Shown here piece by piece: positions 14,301-24,700 of a DNA stretch of 64,000 nt. Position numbers and translations under genes: made by a program. The stretch lies in NCBI GenBank assembly GCA_965112735.1, contig OZ218961.1:1860001-1924000 (forward strand). The letters run 5' to 3'. Position 1 is the first letter of the stretch. The number at the start of each line of letters is the position of its first letter. The notes beneath the pieces were generated by a model, which was not told the DNA's origin, did no database searches, and saw only the letters and a program-made list of their open reading frames with translations. This DNA comes from Phaeosaccion multiseriatum. Its lineage: Eukaryota > Protista > Ochrophyta, other classes.

Positions 14301-16488
14301 TTAGATCATCTTCTTGATAAGAACGTTGATCTTGTCTCCCCTCTGTCCGGCGTCACCGCCCTCATTGTAGTGGAGCAGCTTCTGCTTGAAGCCACCGGAC
14401 GCAGAGGACAGCTTGAAGGGCCACAGGAAGTTGTTGGCCTCCTTGAAGTGTGGCCCGACGGTGTAGATCTCGTTGATCAGGTCCTCAACACAGATGATGT
14501 CGTGCTTGCCCAGGGCCTGCTCCACCACGGAGTTGTCGCTGAGCGGGATGCGGCTCTTGGACAGCTTGCCGAAGCCCCTCTTGTAGATGAGCTCACGCAC
14601 AGACTGATGATGAAGGAAAGGAAGTGAGGGGGTGGGGTTGGTGCGTTGGCGGGATAGTGAGTGAGTGAGGTACGTGAGTGAAAAAAGTACGGTACGTGAG
14701 TACCAACGTGAGTTAGGTGAGTGAGTGGTTTGGTGGGTTAGCGAGGGAGGGAGTGGGTTGAGTGAGTCAGTGAGTAAGCAAGCAAATAGGAATTTGAGTG
14801 TATGCTTCCTGGCAAGCACGCAAGCGAGCAAGCAAGCAAGCCAGAATGAATTGAGTGACTTGTTCCTAACCTTGAGGTTGGGGTACCCGTAGGAGATGAA
14901 GGGCTCCACAAGCCTGAGCATCTTGATGGTGGCGGCGTTGACCTTGACGAACACGCCGTTGTGGATCTGACGCAGGCGGAGGATCTGCAGGATCTTCCTC
15001 ACCTTGGGCGACACGCCGATGATTCCGCGGATACGCACCACGAACACCTGTACACATAATATCAATGTGGATGTGCGCGCGTGTGTGTATTGGGCACGTG
15101 GAGCATCAAAGAGAGAGAGAGAGAGAGAGAGAGGGATGGATGGAGCGAGAGATGGGAGGAGAGAGCCAAGGGGGAAAGGGGCTTGTAAGAGGGCTTGTTT
15201 CGGCTTGTTTCGGCTTGTTTCGGCTTGAATGTCCGCAGAGGCAGAGCTCCTCATCGATCGAACACTCAAAGGGTCAAGAGAGAGGGAGAAGCAAGTCTGC
15301 CCGTGGATTCTAACCCACTATACAACCCACTTGCTCCCTCCTTCACTCACCCACTTCCTCCATCCGTCCGTCCCTCAGTCCCCACTCATTTACTCACTCA
15401 CTCACCCACTCATTCACTCACTCAACTCACCCACCCACACACCCACCCACGCATACACCCACTCACTCACCAACTCACCAACTCACCAACTCACTCAATC
15501 ACTCACTCAGTCACTCACCAGCTTGGGCTCGGCGGGCACGTAGTAGTTGCCCTCCTTCTTGGCCTCGCGGCGGGCGCGAATGGCATCGTTCTCGGTGGCG
15601 CGGTACTCCTTGATGTACTTCTCAGCACGCTTGAACATCTCGCCACGCTGGTCCTTGCGGGTCTGTGGGTGGGTGGGTGGGTGGGTGGGTGGGTGGCAGA
15701 GAGGGGCGGGGTAGGATGCGTTGATTAGCCGCCAACAAGAACGTACGAACGAATGCGCTGGAAGAGGAAAATGAAAGCGACGAAAGCACTCTCTCCGGCT
15801 TCTCTTTGCCACACGTCTTCGTACCCAGAGGAAAGTCCAGGTGGGTGGTCGCCCTACCACCACCAGACCTCTCTTCGAGGTGCCCGTCTCACTTCACCAC
15901 CACTCTCTGTGCCCCAGCCCCCCCCCCCCCCCGCGCCCTTCCATCCACTACCAGAGTAGCAGAGGAGGGCTGGAGGAAGAGACGTGCACAAAGAGAGCAG
16001 AATCCGACCCTGGGTTATACCACAAAGGGAAATTTGAACCCAAAGATCATCATATCCAGGTGAAGCTACTCCGGTACCAGCCAGGGTGCTCTCGGGTTAT
16101 ACCACAGAGGGAAATTTGAACCCAAGAGACTCACCACCTGGGCTGTCGCCGACTCGTCGTGCCTCTGCATCCGAACGGCCCAAGCCTACTCTTTCTCCCC
16201 CCTACATATATATCCTCTCTACGATCCTACTGCTCAGACTCTATCGATGGGAGGGACTCCCCCCTCAGTACGACTCGCTGGGTTATACCACAGAGGGATT
16301 TGAACCGCAGCGACTATTGCCTCGTCCACACGTTGATCAACTCCTTTCGCGGTGTGTGTGCAAGTAAGAAGTGAGAGGTCCTTCTCTAACGGGGTGATCA
16401 CTCGCAGACTTCAGAGAACTACGTGTAACGTGTTGAGTGGACAGCACAACATGTAGGGGGGAAGGGAGAAAGAGGAGAGGAGAGAGCT

Positions 16489-16522
<34 letters not shown>

Positions 16523-16704
16523 CTAGATAGAGAAGAAGACACTGCCTGCGGCTAGAACGAAGGGGCTGGTGCTCTCCCTCCCCCATACGATCATACCTTC
16601 TTGGCGGCGGTGCGCTTGGCCGCCTTTTCGGCGTTGATGGCCTCATGAGTTCGGCGCTTCTTCAGCACCGACTCAGGGACGATGGTCTTCTTCTCAGTAG
16701 CCAT
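14301..16704 (-). CDS. RPL7: 60S ribosomal protein L7 (uL30); 4 exons
   Basis: Exons 16704-16597, 15662-15519, 15047-14871 and 14603-14301, all phase 0. They read [18 protein letters not shown]...[11 protein letters not shown]...[44 protein letters not shown]...[16 protein letters not shown]...[32 protein letters not shown], which is the eukaryotic L7 sequence. Confidence 0.98.
16006..16313 (-). promoter_or_regulatory. Three-copy structured RNA element (hairpins with conserved loop) in RPL7 intron 1
   Basis: The sense-strand core GGUU-CAAAU(UU)CCCUYUGUGGUAU-AACC occurs at 16013-16040, 16095-16122 and 16281-16306. Each copy is closed by a different but complementary outer stem, and the G-U pairs work only on the pre-mRNA strand. 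Confidence 0.65.
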
Positions 16705-16866
16705 GATGAACAGACAAAAGCGAGCAAGCCTTTTAGGACGCCCTTCATCCACAAATGGGGACCGCGACCGCAGTTGGGGTATGGGGTATAGTCATTTTTT
16801 CCCATAGGATCTCGATTTTTTCTTTTTCTTTTTTTTCCCATCTCCCCACTTCCTCCAGCCACTGTT

Positions 16867-16906
<40 letters not shown>

Positions 16907-18012
16907 TCCCTCTTTTCCTCCCTCTCTCGTGTAAGCAGTCCGCACTCTCAAGGAAAAACGGCACCGCAAAGGCTTGTAGGGAGGCACGCACGCACACACA
17001 CACACACAGGCATTGCAAAGCTCCTTCAGTGCTCCCGGCTCGTGCACCGGCCTTGATCCTTGCCACTTCACGGGCAACACACACACACGCAAACACACAT
17101 ACATACACACCACCACCACCACCACCACCACCATGTGGGGAGGAGGATGCGGGGGTATGCGAGCCCTCTCAAAAGGCCCTTGCCCATCGCCCTTGTTTCT
17201 GTGTGCTTCGACCCACACACGCCCGCACATTTCGAACGTGACCTCGCCGCGTCTCCGCCGGGACGTTCATGTCTTCCCGGGGCAGGCAATAGATAGACCC
17301 CGCAGCTGATGGAGGGGATGAACTGGCTGGACAGGTCAGGGCGGATGGGACGACACTACTCTGCCACTCTGCCCTCTGCGGCTGCCGTCCGTAAGCAAGG
17401 CTGACGTAAGTTGCTGCTCCCACCCGACTGGCCCTTCTTCGCTCCATGATGAATGACTCCGGCCAATCAATAGTCACTTTAAGACCCACTCTTCTGTGTC
17501 ATACGCCTGCCTGCTGCCAGGGAATCGTCGCCGGGCCGACGCTCGTGCTTGCGAGTGGGTGGGAGTGCATGCGTCCAAGTGATGATGAAGGCCGGCTGCT
17601 GAAGGAAAGAGACGAGAAAGAGAGAGAGAGGTAGAGAGAGAGAGAGGCAAAGTCAGAGAGAAAAGAGAGGGAGAAGACAGAAATTGACACACAGAGAGAG
17701 AGAGAGAGAGAAGAGAGAGAGGTGGAGTGGAAAGGGTTCAAAGGATCTCACCTGACTGGGAAGTCAACTCTATGGGGCACTCCAGTGTATGTCTCTCTGA
17801 TCCTCTGAAGGCGGTTGACCGGCTGACAGTGTTTTGAGACGTTAAGAAGATGCGCCACAGCCGAGCTCCTCGCAGCTCTTGCCGTGGGGTTTGAAGCTCC
17901 AGGCACGCAGGGGTGTGTGTGTGTGTGTGTTGCTTGCTTCGAGGGTGCGAGGAGGGCAAAATCCGATTGGGGTCTATCACCAATCACCAACTGCTGCTGC
18001 TGCTGCTGCTAC

Positions 18013-18391
18013 TCACTTGCCCCCACGGCGATACACAACAGGCAGGAAGGGGTGGTTGACAGCCTCTCCCGGCTCCACGTCCGGCAGCCAGTCCCGGTAG
18101 CTCCAGCTATCCTCAGGGTCAGGACCGAAGCTCTCCTCGTTGTCAGGACTCGCTTCAGGGCCAGACCCAGACTGAGGGTCAGCGTGGAGGAGGGGCGCGT
18201 GGAGCGTTCGGGCTCCGTCCGCGATGAAGCTCACCTGCGTGCCCGCCGCAGGGTGGGGGGGGGGGGGTCCCGAGGGGGGAGAAGGCAGGGAGGGAGGAGG
18301 GGCAGGGAGGGAAGGAGAGAGGGGTGAGTGAGTCTACGCCAGAAACCGTAAGCCGCACCGCACATTAGCTCCGTCTTAGAGAGAGAGAGGG

Positions 18392-18422
<31 letters not shown>

Positions 18423-21400
18423 GCGAGAGCGAGGGAGAGAGACACACAGAGAGAGTGAAGAGAGCGGGAGAGGGAAAGAGCGCGGGAGAGGGAAAGAGCG
18501 CGTGAGAGAGGGAGAGAGGGAGAGAGCGCTTGAGAGAGAGGGAGGTCTCAGGTATCGAGCAGCGGTACTGCAGCGACGGGACAAGGGGAAGGCAGCAGAA
18601 GGGCACAGGGGCACAGGGCACTGGCCACACATGGCAGCAGAGGAGCAGTAGAAGGCAGCAGATGGCACAAGAGAGCGAGCAGAAGGCAGCAGATGGCACA
18701 AGAGGGCCAGCAGAAGGTAGCAGATGGCACAAGAGGGCCAGCAGAAGGTAGCAGATGGCACAAGAGGGCCAGCAGAAGGTAGCAGATGGCAGCAGCAGCA
18801 GAGGCGCACTGCCATGCCATACCATGCGAAGTAGTTACGTGAGCAGATGCGTAAGTAGTTACGTACCGTGTACGCCGTGCGTGTGTGCCGAAGGTCGTTA
18901 CCGGGGGCGGAGTGCAGCACCCACCCGTGATGGGCAGTGCAGTCACCTACACACAGATATTTCGAGACACATGACGTAAGGAGTCGACCGATATCACTTG
19001 TAAATACTTATGCTTTGTCACTCGCCTGTTATGTACAAACAGACACACGAGCAATGCTTTCGGGTTTTGCTGCACAAAAAGCAGCCCCTCCCTCCCTCCC
19101 TCCCTCCCTGCCTACCCTTTCTCTCTCACTTCTCTCCTTCCCTCTCTCTCTCTCACTCCCTCCATCCCCTTCACTCGCTCCCTCCCACCCTCCCTCCCTC
19201 ACTCACTCACCCAGCTCGATGGCTCCGTGCTGCTGCTCCTCATAGCGGGAGGAGAGGTCTACAGAACGGTCATGAGAGATGCTTGCCCAATGATTCAGAG
19301 CAAAGTCCTGTTGGGAGGGAGTGGGGGGGAGGGAGGGAGGGAGGGAGGAAGGAAGGAGTGAGGGGGTGAGGGGGTGAGGGAGGGAGGGAGTGAGGGAGGA
19401 AGAAGGGAGGGAGGAGTGAGGGGGTGAGACGGATGTGAGAGACATGGACGACAAGAGAAGAAAGGAGATAACAAGAGAGGATAGAGGAGAAGACAAGAGA
19501 GAATAGAGACGACAGAGGAGAGGATAGAAGAGAAGACAAGAGGGAAAGGGACGAGAGAAGAGGAGAGGAGAGGGGAGAACAGAAAAGAGGAGACACACAC
19601 GAGAGACTTGACAAGACAATGTGAGGGTCGAGAAGACAAAGAGCAGAAACGAGGAGATTCTTCTTTATTCATTCTCTCTCTCTGTCTCCCCAGTCTCCCT
19701 CCCTCTCTCCCCCTGTTACCCTCTCCTCCCTCCCTCTTCCTCTCCCCTACCCTCTCTCTTCTCTTCCTCCCCCCTCCCCTGACACTACCTTGTGCGAGCC
19801 GCTGGCGAAGATGAGGGCAGTCCCCTCCTCAGGGACTGTGGCGAGAGGGATCCAGAAGGTCAAGAAGGAGTTGCTGTCCAGGGGGGCCATGTTGAGGTCG
19901 GAGTGCCACGGCGTAGGGCCACTTTGGGGGGGGGGGGTACAGTAGGTACAGAAGTACCACCCAATTAGGTCCAGCAGTAGGACCCAATTAGGTACAGCAG
20001 TAGGACCACATTAGCAATCACGTACAGCAGTAAGGCAAGCATACGGGCAAGCAGGCACACGGGCAGCCACGGGGCAGGCTGGTAGGGGCACACAGACAGA
20101 CATCATGGCTTATAGGCCTCCAGGCAGGCAGCTCTCTCTCCCTCTCGTTGACTTACTCCTGAGGCCGCTTCACAAAGAGACTGTCTTGGTATATGCGGAC
20201 GGCGTCACAGCCCAGCAGGGACGCAGCCAAAGCACCAAGCCGCTCGCCAAGCGCAAACTCACGGATGCGCTTCTGGTGTTCTTTGCCGGTGGGGCTGAGG
20301 CCACTCTCCAGGCGAAAGAGATTGAAGAGCTGTGGAGGGGAGGCAGAGAGTTAGGAGGGAGGGGAGAGGAGGGAGAGGGAGAGGGAGAGGGAGAGAGAGA
20401 GACGGACGGAGAGAAGGGGGGATATAACACTTCAGGTGATTCCGTGCACGTTACGTAACTTTACGCATATATTATATATTCGCATGTCAGAGGTATCGAT
20501 GACGAAGGCATTAGGCAGCTGCTGCGGCTGCTACTTTTGTTGCTGAGAGTGGGTTGGCTCAACTGAAAAGAGAACAAAGGGAGGAGCACTATATCGAGTG
20601 GATCGAGCTCTACATCGAAGCCCTCTATTATCGATGCTCTCCTTTCTTTCGAGGTGCGCACTCTTACCTGTAGGAAGGGCATCTCTTCATTGGGTATCTG
20701 CTCCAAGATGCATGCGAGAACTTGGGTCTCCGAGCTGCCTTCCTCAAGCCCCTCTCGCAGGGCATCGTTCACGTCCTCCTCTCCGAAGTAGACTGTTACC
20801 TGCGTGGGTGGGATGGATGGCAGTGGGTGGGGAGGGATCAGGATAGGATCGATGAGTGGCAACGGATAGGGAGGGGTTACGATGGTTGTGGACGAGGAGA
20901 CTTCTCCCCACACCTTCTGGCGCAGAGCTTCCGTGTGCCGCTCCTTGGCAACGAGGTCGATGCTCTCTCTCAAGGACAGCATCTGCAGCAGTTGGTGATA
21001 CAGCAGCAGTAGCGGTTGGTAATACAGCAGGGAGGCGGGGGAGGCAGTAGGATTAGCAGATGGAGATACAATAGCGGATGAGGGGGCCAGGCGGATGGCA
21101 GTGGATGAGGGGGAGGCGGTAGGCAGTGGATGGGGGGATATCAAGATTGTACTGGATATGACGTACGGAAGAGAGAGCAAGGCCCAATTCTCTTACAAAA
21201 GGCTACTAGAGACTTTATCGCAATACCCACCTCGCTCTCGCTGAAGAGCTGTTGCACGGCGACGTGTCCGTTCCTCTCGAAGTCGAGCTGCTGCTGCAAG
21301 GAGCACGGCTCCTCCCGCCCCCCCTCCCCAGGCCCAGGCCCTTTCTGTTGGACTGCATGTAGAGGTGTCTTGCTCCCACTGGAGGCGCTTTCCTCGTCTT

Positions 21401-21806
21401 TCCTCTTTACTGTTGCTGCTCCGAAGCCCATCCCAGCCCCTCCCGCCTCAGGAGCAGGTGGAGGTGGAGATGCTTCCTGCTCCATGAACGGAGGAGGCGA
21501 CACTATGGGTGCCTTTGCCTTGCTCACACTGGTGGGGGCTTCGCTTCTTTTTGGGGTTACTGCTGTAGCATGATGCCCTGGGCTGAAGCCCATGCCTCGA
21601 AGGACAGTGCGCAGAGCTTCTTCGTCGCCGTCGCCGCCACCGCCATCGTCGTGACGCGCCAACGCGGCTGTTGCAAGCGTGTCTCTACCTCCCTTCTCTG
21701 TTGGAGTGTGTCCTCTTCTACCGCAGGCACGGAATGAAGTACCTCCAGCCACGATGAATGCTTGGCAGGGGGCAAGTAGCAGAAAGAGAGCAGCTAAGTC
21801 TTTCAT
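18013..21806 (-). CDS. Phytanoyl-CoA dioxygenase (PhyH)-family Fe(II)/2-oxoglutarate dioxygenase, probably plastid-targeted; ~8 exons
   Basis: N-terminus MKDLAALFLLLAPCQA-FIV (signal peptide then F). Conserved segments: DFERNGHVAVQQLFS, RIYQDSLFVKRP, PTPWHSD (HxD), LTFWIPL, IFASGSHK, GDCTAHHGWVLHSAPGN (distal His) and R.AYTVSF. Confidence 0.88.
18590..18800. repeat. Intronic minisatellite, ~31-bp unit x~5
   Basis: GCAGAAGG(T/C)AGCAGATGGCACAAGAG(G/A)GCCA tandem copies in a PhyH intron. Confidence 0.85.
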
Positions 21807-22095
21807 CGTTGAAGCTGCGCCCCGCCCCCTCCTGCCTCCTGGCCTCCTTAGATAAGAGGTGATCCAGAGAGTCACAGATGCCGAGGGAGCAAAATCGTGG
21901 CTAAAATCCTTTGAAGTTGGGGCAAATCATCATCAAAAACGCATGAGACGGCGACTGTCGCTACTCCAGAGCAGGGGGGGGAGACTTTCATGCACGAGGG
22001 CTGAAGGATGAGTTAAAACAAGGAGAAGAAAACGAGATTTGCTGGCGGTTGGGAGTTCTTTTTACTTTGCGTGAGATCTTCCTTGGAGAGGAGGA

Positions 22096-24568
22096 ATGCC
22101 GCCAGCTCCCGCATTCGCTGCTGGCGAAGCGATTGAACCTGCTCCCTCTTGTGGGGGGGGGACCAAGCAGAAGGCGCAGCAGCACCAGAAGCAGGCTCCA
22201 AAGAAGAAGGAGGGGCAACAGCAGGGGCGGCAGCTACAGGGGCAGCAGCACCAGAGAAGGGGTGGGGGTAGATTTTCTCGTCGTGGTCGTGGGGAGTCTT
22301 ACAATCACCACCGCCAGTCCCAGCACCGCCAGCAGCAGCAGCACCACCACCAGCACCACCACCACCAACAGCAGCAGCAGCAGCAGTACGTCCAGCAGCA
22401 GCAGCTTCAGCACCAGCTTCAGCACCAGCTTCAGCAACAGCTTCAACACCCGCAGTACGGCCAGCAGCAGTATGGTCAGCAGCAGCCCTATCAACAGCAC
22501 CAACAGCCCTATCACCAACACCAGCAGCCACAACAGCAGCTCCAACAGCAGCAGCAGCAGTTCCAGCAGTTCCAGCACTATGGCCAGCAGCAGCCACCAT
22601 ACCAGCTGCAACAGCTGCAGCAGGTAAGGTACATGTACCCTTCTCAGGACTTCTCCCAACCGCAGCAGCAGCAGCAGAACCCCCAGTACTACCCAGTATA
22701 CTACCAGCAGGATGGGGTGGCGAGCACCCCCTCCGTGGACAGCATCAGCGATTCCGGCACCGTCACCACCATCAGCTCGACGAGCGCGAGCACGAGCAGC
22801 ATAGGCGCAGGGGGAGGAGGAGGAGGAGGAGGAGGAGGAGGGGGAGGGGGAGGGGACGCCAATGGGAGTGTAAGCTTGGCAACTGCTTCTTCTCCGTCCG
22901 AGAGCGACGAGATCTCGAGCAGCTTGAGCAGCAGCGGCTTTGGCTTTGCTGTGACAGCCAATTCTTCTTCTTCAGCAGCAGCAGCGGTTGGTGATACAGC
23001 AGCAACAGGAGAGAAGAGCAGGAAGGCCACCGTCCAGCCGCAGAACCAGCAACAGCAGCAGCAGTTGGTGATACAGCAGCCACAGAAGCCTGAGCCTCCC
23101 CTCGATGACGAGGAGCACAACTACGCCCTCCTCGAGCGCCTTCTCACAGTGAGGGGTCTGGGCACAAGGGACAAGGTCCCTATGCTTAGCAGGTTCGAGA
23201 GGACGGGAGAGGGCGACGCGACCAAGGAGGCGGATCTGAAGCGGGCCCTGCTGCCGCTGGTGCAAGTGGTGCGGGGTGAGCTTAACCAGATTCGGAGGAG
23301 GAAGGAGAAGGAGGAGGGGGGAGGGGTGGAGCAGGAGGAGCAGGAGCGGCAGGACGAGGAGGAGAAGGAGGAGCAGGAGCAGGAGCAGGAGAAGAAAGAC
23401 AAGGAGCAGGAGCAGGAGGAGGAGGAGGAGGAGGAGGAGGAGGAGGAGGAGGAGGACAGCAATAAGAGCGACATGAGAGACGTGATCAACTCTTGCAGGT
23501 CCACAGATGGCTGTAGCAGCAGCAGTGCCTGTCTCAGTTTCGAGCAGGTCATAACGAGGCTGGAGTCATCCCCGAAGGGGGTTGAGGAACAGACCGAGCG
23601 AATCGTCTCTGGGCAGGTGTGTGCGTGGGCGTGGGTGTGGGTGTGTGCGTGTGCATGCTTGCGCGTGTGTGCGTGTGTGTATGTGCGTGCGCGCGCGTGT
23701 GTGTATTACCAACTGGTGGTGGTAGTGGTGCTGCTGCTGCTCTTGTCCCACGCACTTCCCCGGCGTGGGTTCGTGCCTGACCCACAGGCCCCTCACACGC
23801 ATACACTCACCATATGTTTCCACCCAAACACTCACCATGTACTTCCACCCAAACACTCACCATATGCTTCCACCCAAACACTCACCATATGCTTCCACCC
23901 AAACACTCACCATGTGCTTCCACCCAAACACTCACTATATGCTTCCACCCAAACACTCACCAAATGCTTCACTCTCTACATTCCCACACCGCTCTTTCCT
24001 TCCTTCCTTCCTCCCGGGTGGGTGCCCCTGGTGGATGTGGTGCGGTGCACACACGCGCTCACAGGTGCCTGACCCTGACTTGGGCTGGCGACGCGATCTC
24101 ACCAACATCCCCATCTACACCATCGACAATGTCGACACGACCACCCACGACGACGGCATCAGTATCGAGGCCCTCGCCAGCGGCGCCTTTCGCGTGTGGG
24201 TGCACATTGCTGACGTGCCTCGCTGGATCGAGGAGGGCAGTCCGCTCTATCAAATGGCGCGCACACGCCAGCAGTCCACCTACGCCATGCCTCGCGAGAT
24301 GGCGGTGAAGCTCTTCTCCGATGAAGTAGGGGAGGACACGCTTAGCCTTCGAGAAGGCAAGCCCACCGCTTGCCTCTCCATCGGGATGGTGGTGGACCCA
24401 CAGGGGATGGTAGTGGACGTTCAGATCGTCCCGACTTTGGTGAGGGTGACGCAGCGGCTGACCTATGAGGCTGTGGATCACCTCCTTGTGGGGAGCGGTG
24501 GCAATGAGGGGGGTGGGGGGGGTAGTGGGGGCGAGGGTGGGGGGCCGTTGCCACCGCCGCCCCTGCAC

Positions 24569-24606
<38 letters not shown>

Positions 24607-24667
24607 CCAGTACCCTAACCAGTTGGTGGTACAGCAGCCGCCATGGGGCATGCAGCAGTTGGTCATA

Positions 24668-24700
<33 letters not shown>

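Noticed and set aside
16281-16310. tRNA or Pol III B-box (GGTTCAAATCCC on the minus strand)
   Set aside because: No T-stem pairing, cloverleaf or A-box is present, and the other two copies break the consensus.
17240-17910. Additional exons or a gene between RPL7 and PhyH
   Set aside because: A donor-like site near 17750 is present, but there is no recognisable protein or consistent frame. It may be UTR.
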